Origin: Tubiluchus corallicola
Lineage: Eukaryota; Animalia; Priapulida
DNA length: 64,000 bases
Direction: 5' to 3'
NCBI GenBank assembly: GCA_030141605.1
Contig: JAQGDQ010000145.1
Span: 372,001 to 436,000 of the forward strand
Positions 37,501-51,217 of the stretch are shown here, one piece after another. A program made the translations under genes and the position numbers. The notes beneath the pieces were generated by a model. That model did not search any database. It was given only the letters and a program-made list of their open reading frames with translations, and had not been told where the DNA came from. How positions within the stretch are numbered: the first letter of the stretch is position 1; every line of letters begins with the position of its first letter.

Positions 37501-40500
37501 CAGCATTGTGTCAGTATTTAATCTGTTCCAGATTAATAGCAGCAAAAATGGCACAACTGCATGCCTTCCAGATTGAAGATGATAATCCAAGAAAAGCTGA
37601 GGTATTCCAAAAGTGTCACGATTGGCTCAAGCTAGTTCCAGAAAATTTCAGCGAACCTGAAAAAAACAAACGGTAGTAATATATATTTATATATACATAT
37701 ACATAGTGTTACGAACGCAAATTTTGACCAAACCCCTAGTGTTAATAATGGGTGCGATCAAGAAGCCCAGTAATGCAAATATACCTGTATAAAGTAGAAT
37801 GCATGCTATAATTCTGTGACTCAAACCTGGCCTTTCTGTCTGTAAGGGTGAATGCTGAAAGGTGAAAGGTTTGCTAACAAAGTCTGTTCACATGTACTCC
37901 TTTTTGAAGATTTGGAGCTATTAGTTATGCAGTAAAGTTTATTTTACACTCGTATTATCAGATTTTAACTCTTCTCAGCTGCTGGAAAATTTCATCACTC
38001 GTATGCTGATCTGTACATCCTGAGACAGATCCATACTGGACCCTGGATTCATTACATTATATATGTGATAATTACGACTGCGATATATTGAATTTACGGC
38101 ATGTTGGTTTCTGGGGTTTTGATATTTCTTCTCATAAAAATAAATGCCGAGAATGTGATTTTCTGAAACACCGGGACATTAAAAGTTAGCAGCAAATCTT
38201 GAATTTTCTGTCTTGTAGAAAGTATGCAGTGGCATCCTATTCATTGCTATGCTATTCAGGGATTCTTCCACAAGATTGTTTGTCTTTTGAAATTGACATT
38301 TTCTAGTTTTTCTTGTAATGTAAAAAAGTTTCTAAATGACAAATTTTTTGCAGAGTCATATCAATAAATCATTACTGTATAGAAGTGTTATTGTACAAAA
38401 GATCAAGGTTTCCCATTTTTTTCAGTCTTGGGGTGTCAGAAAAAAGAGTATCAGAGGAGTTTTGGGTAGGAGCATATTGGCTCGGTCCACTTTTGATACA
38501 TCAAAAATCGCAAAGTTTGTGTTAAAATGAACAAGGATCAGCAAATTTAAATTTGCTCCAAACAAAAGCTTTTGTTTGGATTTTACACTATTCAGCTAAA
38601 TTTACTTTTGAACATGTTAACTATAATACAGTACTCAAGTGGAACAGTAGTGGGCAAATTCTAAATGAAAGGACTTGATGAACATAATATGGATGAGATG
38701 GACGTAAATTGGACGTCTATTAATAATTTAATGGACATGATTAAAATAAAAATCCTGTGGCAAAAACTAATCAAATTTGTACATGTGATATAGAGTTCAC
38801 CATGTTTAAGCTAATCTCCAGCTGTTGCACAACATTATACCCACACATCAAGAATCACGTTGTCAATTTACTTTAAATTGTTAGTGAATGGACGAAATTA
38901 CACCATCGCATTCAGATATACATACCAAATGTATGTCCACTTCGTTCAAATACATAGTAAATTGGCATAAAACAGGCCCATCAAAATAGGTCTAAATTTA
39001 GCGAAATGATGCTTGAAGTTACGTGCATCTGGTCCAAGATTACATAGGTCCATCAATTTCGTAAATGGGCGCTCAACTTATGTCCATTACGTCTAAAATT
39101 ACTTCCATTAGGTCCATACTACTCCCATCAAATTAAGGAGATCCTCAAAAGTGTAATACACCAACCAAATATACATGGTATGTGATACTTGTACGGTACC
39201 ATTGCTCAGCAGCCACAGCATTGTTTGAAACTGTATTCATGATTTGAAAACAAATTTATATTAATAGATGTTGTTCTTTGATGTGCCAATATTTTTGCCT
39301 GTTTGAACTGAATAATGTTTGTAGAATCCTGTGAAATTTTTTAGTTGTGTAAGTAACCCAAAACATCTTATTTTAAATATTTTATTTTACTTTAGGTATC
39401 ACGAGTGTATTCCTTCGAAAGCAGAGCTAGCCTTAGAGTTATCAGAACTTGAGCAGCACCTAGCAACAATTGGTTCACCAATTGTTCTGTGCCACAATGA
39501 CCTTTTGCTCAACAATGTCGTTTACAATGAAGATGAAAGTATTTTGCTTTAGTAGATATCTCTTATCTCAGTATTTTTCACTTTTGATCTTGCTTCATGT
39601 TAATTAATGGCTAAGTGAACTGCACTGATATAAAATTTGCTGATGTATGCATGTACATCAAAATATGCTGCTTATCAAATAAAATACGCTCATATTTCGG
39701 TTTGCCGGATAAAGCGGGGAGACGTCGGTCTGAATTTGCCGATTGCCTGCATTTACCGATACTAAGCTAATACCGTAGGTGCCGTGTATTAGACTCATGA
39801 TCATGTAGAATCAGTCACCTAATTGTCTCAAAAATGTCTATTATGGGTCGCTCCTATATTTTTTTTGCACATGCTTAAATAAGATACTTTTGTGTGACCA
39901 ATGAGCTTTTACTATTTTTGTATCGTCTTACTTTGCTTTTGTGCACTATAATATACATAATAATATAAATCACATCAAGTATAGTTTGTTTGTAAGTAAG
40001 GTTTACCAAAGTGACGGCCCGCCAGCTAGTGGTCAACTCGCAAAACAACAGACTGTGTCTGTAGTATGGCAGACTTTTTAACAGTCCAAATTTTGTCTGA
40101 TTCTTCCGAGGTCCGGCAATCCGAGATAGAGTGTAATGCTAAATAGTTTGGCACAGCTTATCAGTATATCATATTAATACTGTGTCATTTTTCGGGTTGT
40201 TGAAAATTTGCAAATATCAAGATTTTTTAATAATTGAGCTTTATAGTCAATACCTTTCTATGTATTTTCTTTTTAGATTCAGTGGCATTCATTGACTACG
40301 AATATTGTATGTACAACTACCAAGCTTTCGAAATTGGTGACCACTTTGCTGAATTTGCAGGTATATTTGTTTTGTACGTTTTAGTAAATGTTACTGTATC
40401 TTTTTATGTGACATATTATGAAATATCATACATGTTTTACATGACATTTTTTGTAATATTGCTGATATTGCTTCTATTTGCTACGACAATTTATATGATA

Positions 40501-43500
40501 AATGTCTGTTAGCAGGTGTGTGGTAGAATTTTTCAAGAAATCCACATAAAAACCTGTACTGTATTAAAATGTAACATGGAGCACATCTAATGTCATTGCT
40601 GATGTATTTAAAAAAATTCTAAAGCACACATAGTTTGGCCTTTGTTATATATGTTAGCGTGTTTCCGTATTTCTGTATAATTGATATACATAGTTATGCT
40701 AAATGTTTTCATAGTTTAAGATTCTCGATGATACTAGTGCACTTGTGTGGTGGCTTAAATGTCACTAAATATAGAAACAATTGTTAATTTTTATCAGTGA
40801 TTTTACATTTTTTAGGATTAGAAAATTTAGATTTTAGTTTATATCCAGAGAAGGATTTCCAATTGCCTTGGCTTCGAGAATATCTAACTCACTGGTTCCG
40901 ATGCAATGGAAAGGATCCATCTTCCGTAACTGATAAAGACGTGGAAGTCTTGTATGTGCAGACAAACAAGTGTGCAGTGGTAAGTTGGAATAGCAGCAGT
41001 GCTTAAACTGTGTCGGATCTGTTAGCATCGCAAAACCTGAACCTAAAATGACAGACCCTGCACCTAAAAAAACAGTGTCTCGCCGGGTCCTAGTTTCTCA
41101 TCATTTAGTTAGCTATAAGGCTATCAGTAACACATGTTAGTAGCGCAATTTCCATGTTTCAGTTAGTAAAACTGAACTGTAGATGATAACAATTGACACA
41201 AGTAGTTTATTATACTGAGCTGCTTCTACTCCTTCGTGAATGCATGCTGCAACTCATTTTTCTTGCAACTTTTCTGGAAGAAACGAAAAAAAGTTCTTGA
41301 GAAGTTGTGCACAAAAATGATGACTTATTTTGCTTAAGGCTTGTGAAAGGTGGACTATGGTGCAACAAACTTTAACTGTAATCAATTGGCGTAATTGTCT
41401 TTGGCAGAGGTATGTCAACATGTAAATTGGAGCTAGTGCACCTTGCTGTATTTCATTTGCTCAGTGATTTCTCAGTGTTAAATAGTTTTGATGGCTCAAA
41501 ACTTATACCAGATAATGTATGAAACCTAGCTGATGAAAACTAGCTAATTCAGTGATTAAAAAGCAATTGCCGTTTTCGAATTAAGACCTAAATTTTGTGT
41601 CCTTAACAGTTGGTGGTAAACAGTTGAAAAACTGCTTACTGAACTGACCTTTTTGCGACCGTTAAAGGCCTGAAATACCTAAAATTGAGAAAAATGCATT
41701 GTTTTTCCTTATTGTAAGCCCCGGACCCCAATGAGTGCAGCTTACAGCGTTCCCCCAGACCTCCTCGCTGTTTCTTGCTTTTTGTGCCACGATACTCCTT
41801 ACCTGAACAAATACCCTTCAATAACTGAACAACGAACTTGTTGCACTTGTACAGTACAAAGTTGGAAAAGATGATTCACATCTACATTTGACCAGTAGTA
41901 ATGCAATGTAAACTTGTTACTTGCCAAGCTGAGTCACAGTCGCATTTTAGAAAAATATTGCTGAGCTAACACAAGTGGAGCATAAAATTTATTAAGCCAT
42001 TGCCAAATTTAATCAAGGCCAAAAATGACTGTATTTCAGTCGACTTACTGAAGGAACCTCTGCTTCAAAATCAGAAATAATTTCTAGTAACAAGAACTGG
42101 AGCATCAAATAAATCCAACAATGAAAAAAAAGAAAAAAGCATGATGAACCTCAGGTGAAGCAGGAAGAAATAAAAATTTGCAGATTATAATTAATTAATT
42201 CCTTGGAATTTATAATAATAATAGTACACTAGCAAAGGCCCCGCAAAAGATTTTGCGTAAAAAACCACGTGTAATCAATAATACGCGAACATCCTACCTA
42301 GTCCTCATTTATAACACAAAGCCCGTAACATCATGCCTACTGTTTGTTTACTTACCTAACGCAAAGCAGCTTTTACTGAATTAAAGCTATAAGCAGAGTA
42401 GAGTACAATGGATGACGTCACAACAATGGATTTGTGGGTGAATCGGGCTATCTATCCATGCCTTTGCGTCAGCAATTTTCTAAGCGAAAATTGCCGAAAA
42501 TAGAACTCCTAATTAACTCGTCGATACTCCTCTCGGTGGACCTGCCCTAACATATAGCCCACCTCATCGTGTAACCCCGTTCTTCCTCTTTCTAAAGAGC
42601 CCCATATCTCCTTCCTAGAGTCCCACCGGGCGATGCTAGAACGTTTTTCCCGCAGGCTGTTTGGTCCAAATTTCGAAAAAATCGCGAGTTGGGTCCGGGA
42701 AAACGCCCGTTACGGGACGCCGTGGCCCTCTCGCGAATTCTAAATAGGCCTATGACACCCACCGCTGAACGGGCTATCTATCCATACCCAGCATCACCCT
42801 CGACCCGTTCCCGTTCTCTACATCTCAGCCGTATAACTTTTGCAAAAAACGGCCGAAAAATGGCCATTTTTGGAGGTTTTTCGCCCTCCATTCCTCCCGG
42901 TGGGCCCGATTTGAAAAATAAACCCCCAATGAGACGACACTAGATCGAGACCTTTCGTTTGATATATAGATCGCCGCAAATGGTGCCGTCATCGGAGCTG
43001 TAGCCTCGAATCTTATATATATATATATATACCAATATTAATATAAGAGTATAGATAATAATAATAATAATAATAATAATCTTTTATTTATCTTTTAACA
43101 CACACAGTTACAATACAATTAATTTAGCAACAAAAATGTGAAGAAAGGGCAGCGAAAGACCAATTGGTCATCTAGTCAGCTGCCCTTTGGTTAGTGATGA
43201 ACATTTTTTAAAGGCGCTATGCTACAGTGTATTAGTGTTAGTACTGCTTATAATAAAAATTAAATTGTTAGGAATGACATAAAATTGATAATGATATGCT
43301 TATAATGTGTTAGTACAATTCATACACAGTAATAATAAGTGCATAATAATAATAATAAAAAAATCAAACTGAAGATAACTGAAATAAGGACTGAAACAAG
43401 AACTGAAATAAAAATCTGACATCAGGAACATAATAACAATGGCAACTGAAATTTACTTTATAACGCAAGCATAATGTAAAAAAAAAAAAATACAGAGCGA

Positions 43501-46500
43501 TTTTTGATGATCTGATGTAAAATAAATTGGCAGATAGTTAGAGCACAAAAAATTACCTGTATGACTGCATGAGGAGATTGACAATTGGAGTACAGACTTT
43601 GAAATTGATCTACAGAAGTTAGACAATAAACAATTAAATATGGAAGTTAATTGATCCTGCTATAACAGTAACTGCTCTTGCAAAAGGAATAAAAGTTGTT
43701 CAGTAATAAGTTTGCAAGAGTTGACATTTATATAATTTACTTAAGTGACAGATACTAGTTGATTGCTTAAGATCATCTGAAAGAGTATTCCATAGAACTG
43801 TACCATTATGTTTTAAAGTTTGTAAACCTTTTGTTGTGTTAAATCTTTCTTGAAAATAGTTTTGTTTGGTAGCTGCTCTCGTAGAATACTGGTGAACGTC
43901 ACTAATCTTTTTGAAATAATTGCCGTATAATTTAGGTAGAATGCCCTTTTTATAGTTGAACATGAATTTCGCTAACTCAAGCTTATAAATTTCATTAATT
44001 TTTAATAATTGCAAAGCATAATAGGAGGGGGTAGCATGATCTCGGAACCCAGCAAAAGTCATTGTTTTGATAATTTTGTTATGTGCTGCTGTAAGTGGTT
44101 TCAAAACAGATTTTTTTGCTGTGCCCCACGATAAGATACAATAGTTAATGTGTGGGTACACAATGGCAAAGTAAATCATTTTTAGTATATCCGTGCTCAA
44201 GTAATGCCTCAATTTAAAAAATATACCTGTAACTTTGCTTACTTTGTAGGTAATATTTTTTATGTGTGTTGACCAATTAAGGGTGTCATCTATGTAGACG
44301 CCCAGATATTTTATGTCTGATACTTGTTCTAATAAACAGTCTTGCATGGATACTGTTATAATGGAGTTTTCATTGTTTTCAAATTTATTTCTTATGATCA
44401 TAAATTTTGTTTTATTATAGTTTACTGTTAACTTATTTGTACGCATCCATGTGTTAATTTTGATCAGTTCTTCATTACTTTTAAGCTCAAGATTTTGCGT
44501 ATCGTTGTCTGCTAAGAAGAGGTTAGTGTCATCAGCAAAAAGTCGTGTTTGCATGTTAGTACAAAGAGGGAGGTCATTTATATATATGAGGAAAAGAAGT
44601 GGACCCAAGGTGGATCCTTGAGGTACACCACATTGTATTGAGCATAAGTCAGAGGCAAAATTGTCAACTACCGTAAATTGGTGTCTGTTCGTAAGATATG
44701 ACTGGAATAGTTTTTGCGTGATTCCACGGATACCATAATAGTCCATTTTGTTGAGTAGAATGTCGTGTTGAACGGTGTCAAAAGCTTTTGTTAAATCAAG
44801 AAAGATGCCGCAGGTAAGTAATTTATTGTCTAGGTTTGTCAGAAGATTGTCTATGATTTCAGCAGTTGCTAATATTGTGGAATGATTTTTGCGGAAACCG
44901 AATTGAAAACACGATATTGTATCATTTTTGATTAAATATGTCATCAGGCGTTTATATAAAATTGACTCAAAAATATTGGCAATGGGTGATATGAGTGAGA
45001 TAGGTCGGTAGTTGTTCAGCTCGTTTGGATCATCTTTTTTATATATGGGGATTACTTTTGCCAGTTTTAAAGTGTCGGGGAATGTCCCAGTCAGAATTGA
45101 CGCATTAAACAGATTTGTAAGCGGAGCTAAGATTATGTTTTTTGACATTTTGAAATATGTAATTGGGATGTCATAAGGGCCTTTTGCTTTATTGGGATCT
45201 AGTCTATCAATAGCTTGGGAAATCTCGATTTCGCTAACTGGTGTGATATAGAAAGAATTTTCTTGGGGATGCATTAAATAGTCTGTATACTTACAGTTTT
45301 GGGGTTGTGTTATGCGTGATGCCAGTGATATACCAATGTTTGCAAAAAAACTGTTAAAAGCATTAGCTTTATGGTGCGGGTCGCATGAGGTTGTGCCTTG
45401 GTAACGAACTTTAGTTGGCATTATACTTGCTGTCTTTTTTTTAATTTTGAGAAGTTCATTGATACTGCTCCAAGTTTGTTTCATGTTATTTTTGTTTGCA
45501 AGCAAGATCTGGGAGTAATACTTCTTTTTGGATGCATGTTTGATGTGATTAAGTTTGTTAGAATATGTTTTATATAAATTTTGCTTATACAGTGAGTTGG
45601 ATAACTTGTATGTTGTATACATACGGCTTCTTGTTTTAATAGAATTGAGAATGCCGGGAGTGATCCATGGTTTAGCTATAGTTTTTGAGTTTTTCCTTGA
45701 TAACGTTTTGAGTGGGGCATGTTTGTCAAGTAATGTTTTAAACGAGTCCATGAATTGTGAGCAGTAAGAGTGTATGTCTGCTTCGCCATCATTCAGTGTT
45801 AGGTTACTTATATTAACTTGAAGCTCGCTTAAAAAGTTACCTTGATTGAATGATCTCGTACATCTGACTGTTTTTTTAATGTTGTTGTGCAGGAGATTAG
45901 TATTTCTTATAATGGCAAATACTGGCAAGTGGTCCGCAATAATACTGATTAAGCACAAAGTATACAGTACAGACAAAAAAGATGCTAATGACTAAATACA
46001 GAATGCACAGCACTGTAGTAACAAGCCGAGAACTTAGTAATAATACCACCAAGAGGAAGTGCGATTGTTAAATAGGTATGTGAAATAGGAAAAGATGGAC
46101 AAAGACAGTAAAAGACTGCTTGTGGTCTGTTATGCTAAAGAGCGAGATTTACAATAATCTATTACGAGCTGTGAAGCAAAATGCAGTTACAAAATCACAA
46201 CTTAGGCTATTAAATATAGAGAGTTTAATAGTTTAACGTTTGACTTAGATATTTTAGATAATATTTGTGCCTGTGCTGTGACTTCAGTTACTATCCATTT
46301 AAACTGAACCGATTCTCTATTTCAGTACTTACGTCCCTATGAACTCATACATTTATGTTAACATTTACGTTTAGCTGTGCTTTTGTGTCTTTATATTAAA
46401 CGGTTTGGTGCTCATAGTTGTGTCATTCTTAATTTAGAAGAGACTTTTAGTTACTAAACTGATAACTTATATTTGTTACAGGCAGCCCATTTCTTTTGGG

Positions 46501-46760
46501 GACTCTGGGGCATACTTCAGGCAGAGAAATCAACATTTGATTTTGATTATCTAGGGTGAGTGTTAGCTTATCAATATAATGATTTTCCTTGAAGGGTTAC
46601 AACATGTTCATTATTGTTGTAATTTGTTAGATTTTATGAGGTATTTTTGTATTAAAATAAGTCCTTATCATTGTTTTTTTATTTTAGGTATGCAATCGAT
46701 AAACTGAATGAGTACTTTTCCACAAAAAAGAAGTTCTTTCCTTTAAAAATGCCTTCTTGA
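31794..46760 (+). CDS. ETNK1: Ethanolamine kinase (ETNK1/2-like), 8 coding exons, about 348 aa
   Basis: Exons 31794-31904, 33819-34075, 37532-37672, 39396-39538, 40277-40360, 40816-40979, 46482-46555 and 46688-46760. Total 1047 nt, all GT-AG. Motifs FTDGFTNKL, RIFGAKTEELIDRD, FNNGLCY, Brenner motif LCHNDLL, FIDYEY..YNYQAFEIGDHFAEFAG and AHFFWGLW...FDYLGYA. In-frame stop just upstream of the ATG. Confidence 0.95.
32890..33455. repeat. 79-83-bp minisatellite, about 7 copies
   Basis: C(C/G)TGAACATG anchor at 32895, 32978, 33061, 33144, 33225, 33306 and 33385. Two unit subtypes. Confidence 0.92.
34494..34556. repeat. (GT)n microsatellite
   Basis: Direct GT run with small interruptions. Confidence 0.95.
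35509..36477. mobile_element. hAT-like MITE carrying an internal 305-bp tandem triplication
   Basis: TIR CAGGGGCGCAGCAAAGG and (reverse complement) CAGAGGCGTAGCAAGGG. Perfect 8-bp TSD ACATAACC (35501-35508, 36478-36485). Near-identical units start at about 35535, 35840 and 36145. Confidence 0.88.
37707..38056 (+). mobile_element. Solo LTR, same family as 11157-11461
   Basis: TGTTAC...ATTACA termini and colinear similarity to the reverse complement of 11157-11461. TSD degenerate. Confidence 0.7.
38660..39125. mobile_element. Degenerate foldback/MITE-like element
   Basis: Left arm rich in ATGGAC subrepeats and right arm rich in the complementary GTCCAT. The arms align loosely over about 80 bp. 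Confidence 0.4.
39687..40133. mobile_element. TA-flanked MITE (Tc1/mariner-like)
   Basis: Left CGCTCATATTTCGGTTTGCCGGA versus reverse complement of right CACTCTATCTCGGATTGCCGGA. TA at both flanks. Confidence 0.6.
42229..43055 (-). mobile_element. Non-autonomous Helitron, 827 bp
   Basis: Minus strand starts TC and ends CTAG. Hairpin CGCAAAA-TC-TTTTGCG lies just before the end. Inserted between A and T with no TSD. (TA)n near the 5' end. Confidence 0.8.
43056..45945 (-). mobile_element. 5'-truncated CR1/L2-group LINE (Crack/Daphne-like) in an ETNK intron
   Basis: Intact RT ORF followed by a 3' UTR of about 620 nt, with hairpin AAGGGCAGC...GCTGCCCTT (about 43145-43187), AATAAA and an (ATT)n tail. 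Confidence 0.9.
43700..45945 (-). CDS. LINE ORF2: last endonuclease motif plus complete reverse transcriptase
   Basis: Motifs DHLPVF, PWIT, NYRPISLI, QFGFR, FLDLTKAFDTV, GVPQGSTLGPLLFLIYINDL, FADD and KYLGV. No stops over about 745 codons. The first residues of the called ORF are flanking DNA. Confidence 0.9.
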
Positions 46761-49304
46761 TCACCAAATGGATTCAATTTTCTATTTCAAATATTGTGAA
46801 ATGTTCAATTGAGGCCTTTAATTTTCACCTAGTGAATAGATATTTTTATTTTATAAAACTTACGATTATATCATGTACTCCAGAAAAATTCAGATTAATA
46901 ACTTCGTCAGCATAAACTTGAATACATTTGAAAGTTAGCCTCACATTTGAAGTTTGGATGTTATTTGCTAATGTGCTATAGTTCTGATATAAACTAATAA
47001 GCTTAAAAACTTCTCTAACTCTGTTATGTACCTGGCATTAGCAGAAGTCTGCTAGAATTGATGTTACTATCAATGTTAGACTATTATGTACATTATTTTC
47101 TCAATCTTGGCTCCTAATTTTGGTGGAAGTTGGTGGAGCATTGCTGGATGGGTAGAAACAGTGGTAGTACAAAGGAGATTTTGATTTTGCTCACAAAAAG
47201 AAAATTCAAATTTAGCTGTACTGCATTGTACAATCAACTATATTAATTTGCGACAGTACTGTAGGTGTGTTACAGGTGTTGGTTGGTTACAATAAATAGT
47301 TAAACATTGCAGGTGTGATATATGCGTATGAAAAGTCGTGCAACACCTCAGTGCTTGAATCTTTGAAAATCAGGCTATTACGGCCTGTTTCAATTTTCTG
47401 CACAACCTATTTTTTCATCCAAGCTTTTCCAACTCTTTCTTTTTCAATTTGTCCTTTTTTAATCATTCAAGCTGGCCCAATAGGCAACAAAGCACATCTG
47501 CATATTTGGCTATATATATTTAAGTAACACCCTTGCCGAATAGTTATTACCAGAGCTTGCTGGAGTAAAGTTTGATGTCGTCTAAATGCGCGTCGGTTTT
47601 TTAGTTTGACAGTTTAAAAACTGATTGTATAAAGGGACCATTAAGTAAGATTTTTGTAACGGCACTAGCCATTCGTTCGGATTGAGGTGGGTTATTACGC
47701 CTACAACGGGTGAAAATAATTTTAATGCACAGCACAGTGAATCGAATTACACAAACGTCTTTATTGCTACAATACAGATGAAGACATACGATGTCAATCG
47801 TAAATATGGCGCAATCATATCACCGTCCAAACGTTTCGTAATTACATACAGCATCCACTATATTTACTACATGAGTTCATCGTATTACTAACGTCTTCAC
47901 CGCATTATTAACGTGTTTCACTGTAAAGGCAGGTGACTTGACCCACCTCCGACCATCTGCTTTTAACAATGCAAACTGGAAACAATGCCAGGGAAACTAT
48001 GCAGCCTGCTGCCCATGCGCGCACGATCCGAAAGTGACAGCACCTTCCAAAGACATATTAGGAAAGTTAGGCAATGATGCATAGACAGCAGTTACAATTA
48101 GAAAGAGTTATCTTCTTGTGTAGGAAGCATTTGAGGACAGTTTGTTAACAGAGAAGTGACTGTTTTATGTGATATATCATCATTTTTTAATAAAATCTTA
48201 AAAAACTGCAACATTTGTGAGTCTTGGAAACTGTAGATCATTGTAGACCATTAAATACTCTCATAAATATGTCATAATATGATAAAATAAGAGTAGGCTA
48301 ATTTAAATAAGGTTTTTAGTGGGGCACATGATATACACTGTATAATTGATTATAGCAAATTTTATCTTTCAACACGTTTTCTGATTGCATGTTTATTATA
48401 AGCAAAATCACTGTCTTAGTAAATGTGGTATTGTTGTGATTTTTATCATCCAGATACAGTAGTATTATCATGTAATATCACAATTCTGCTTTAAAAACTA
48501 CCACCATTTGACTTGGGCATTGTTATTATCGACATAAAATCTAGAATACGCAGAAGGTGCATGTAATGTTCATTTACAGGACTCCTAGCTTTGTGACAAA
48601 TTTGACAAAATTGTAATAACAATTAACCAGCGATTATAAATAAAGGTATGGAGATGTAAATAAAACACTGAAGCATCTTAAAAGCTGCATAAATGTGTAT
48701 TAAAAATTTAATATTTTAATGTAACAAACTATATTATATGCTACAAGTTACATAAGATTTTATCAAAATTCCTTTTACTTTCGTACTTTTGCTACATTCG
48801 ATTTTGTATTTTGTAACTTCACTTTTGCTACTTCCATTGTTATTTGAAGTATATTTTGTCTAAGACTTGCACGTTTTTCTCAAGTATTTAATGTTATTGT
48901 TTTTTTATCCAGCTTGTGTACATAAGATTCGTTAACTAAGGCTGTGCAAATATTTAATATGAAAGAGGCATTTGACTATCAATTTGTGTTAATATATTGC
49001 ATGTATCAAGATATTGCATGTTTAAGTAGAAGGAATAACATGTCGCCCTGCCATTAAATGGTTGTTGTCACACTTGGATAATTAGTTCTGTTCCTGATGT
49101 AATATGTGTACCCATCTAAAATACCCTGTTAGCTACCTATAACAGAATTAGTGCCAACATGCCATCTGTTTTTTGTACAGTTAAGTGAAGTTGGCACGTT
49201 GCTAGTTTAAGTACTAAGTTATATTTGTCAAGTCTAATTTACTAAAATTACAGAAGTACCTATATTCTTCTGTGTTTCCCCAAATAAGAAACGTATAGAA
49301 AGAA

Positions 49305-49500
49305 TGGATTTTGGCGCCATGTAAACAACTTGCGGAAAACTTGATATTATTTTCTACGTGCACATGATGATAAGAATTCCTTTGTTGTTGTACATTTGAA
49401 GAAGCTATTGGCCATTAGCACTTTAATTATCCTTTCCTCTAATGATCAATTCTGTTCAAAATAGAGAGGCTGCTGAATATTTTGAATGGTACAACTTATT
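49305..49500 (+). promoter_or_regulatory. Possible MBD5 promoter and 5' non-coding exon
   Basis: TTTTGGCGCCATGTAAACAA combines E2F-, YY1- and FOX-like motifs. It is followed by a GTGAGT donor at 49501, and an acceptor lies at 52942 upstream of the ATG. Confidence 0.3.
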
Positions 49501-50737
49501 GTGAGTGTTCTTATAGAAAGATAAAAAATTTATGATTCTTACAAAAAGAGTTAAAATGAGATCAAAATGTTCACACTGTGTAATTACATTTTTGTTATTT
49601 ATTTCTTCATTTTACACAATTCTATAGCATTTACATAATCATCTTAATCAACTAGAGAGAGAACTATAGTGTTTACACTATTATTAAAGCACAATGTCCT
49701 CAATGTTTGAATATAATAAGAGTTCCTAACTATTAGTCCTCTATTGTTACCATTGCAGTTTTGGCCCATAAAAATATCTAGCAATAGCTATATTAACTGT
49801 TATTGTAATAAATTTGTTTGGACAGACATTTTGTATTTTTGTTCTGTACTATGTAACTATTTTTATTGTGGCTGTTAAATTAATGAATGTTTTTATAATT
49901 TTGGCACAAGGCATTTGGAGCCATTGTCATTGTTCTGTTGATGATAGCTGTATCTCGCAGAAAGTGCAAGAAATATCAATATTACTACTCATGATCGAAC
50001 TTTTATCAACACGAATTTTATTAAAAACCCAAAACCACCTCTCATAGTGTTTGTCAATAATTATTGGTTGTACCAATACATTAAAATTATATGCTGATAC
50101 AAAGTCGTTAAATTCTCTCACACTTCTTATCAGAGCGAATACAATTGTGAGAGAGAAAATCTCCGAAACACAATCAAATCACCTGTCTAAATAAATTTTA
50201 TGGTACCTGAGATAGTAAAATACATGTAATAAGCTAGGTTAAAACGATTATTCAATTCAGTTTTATTTTCACAAATAGATATAATGACCATTGGCAAAGC
50301 AATACATGTCAAGTACCACATAAACAGAAAAAATAAATTGTAATAGGCTGTATGCAAAGTTATTTATACATTAAATATTAAGATATACTGATACAAAAAC
50401 CACAATTACATATTGTATAATTCAGTAATGAAAGGAAAAAAATGACTCAGAGTAGTTCTGCTTCAGCTTTTTAAAGTGAAGATTATAAAAAATAAAATAA
50501 TAAGAATTGAAAATAATTGTGGTTAGTGTCTGCTGCCAAAGTACTGTTTTCTTCTTCCCTGGGGATCGGAGTTGATGCCAAATTAAGTTTCTTGCATTGA
50601 TGTCATAAATTTATAAATTGTAACCTTTCTGCAAAGCCTGTAGAAAGCAAAAAACAGTTGTAAAAAATCCTAACAACTGCACAATACGCAATATAAAATT
50701 ATACCAAAATATTAAAATGCCTCAACTCTTGAGTAGT

Positions 50738-51217
50738 TCAACAAGTACAACTCTTGAAAAGGTTGAACAAGGTGTAGCCTGTGTTAGGTAAGTTTTTAAA
50801 TATATATTCGCCAAAAAGAATTACATCTTGTTGAACATTACTAGTAAACAGCCACATGAAAGACGTGGTATTTCTATAGAAAACAGTTAGGCTGTAAAGT
50901 TTATCTTCATAATTTCTTCCATTTTCAGCAAAAAGTGGGCAGTCATAAAGAAAGTACATTTCATCTTCTGTTTCATGTTTTTTAAGGGAGGAATTGCACA
51001 ATAACAGCATATATTCGTTCTTGTTCTGGTGCTTTGGTATAAGAACACGTTCAGTTTCCAAATCATGATCACTCACTGGGAGTTCTGTGATAGCTTGTCT
51101 ATGATGTTTGTCCTTAATAATATTTAGGTATGGAGGATCCATTTTGCATTTGCATTTTTTAAAACCCTCTATAACCATCAATATAATTTTAACTGTTGTT
51201 TTACTATAAGCAGTCAA
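50738..51217 (-). pseudogene. Degenerate C-terminal CCHC region of a LINE ORF2 (RTEX-like)
   Basis: YLNIIKDKHHRQAITEL.VSDHDLETER...LCN...EDEMYFLYDCPLF resembles 'R.S.H.L.IE.GR...C..C...EDE.HFL..CP.Y'. Confidence 0.6.

Noticed and set aside
47268-47529. TGTTAC...GTAACA segment as a solo LTR or MITE
   Set aside because: No TSD and no second copy in the window.
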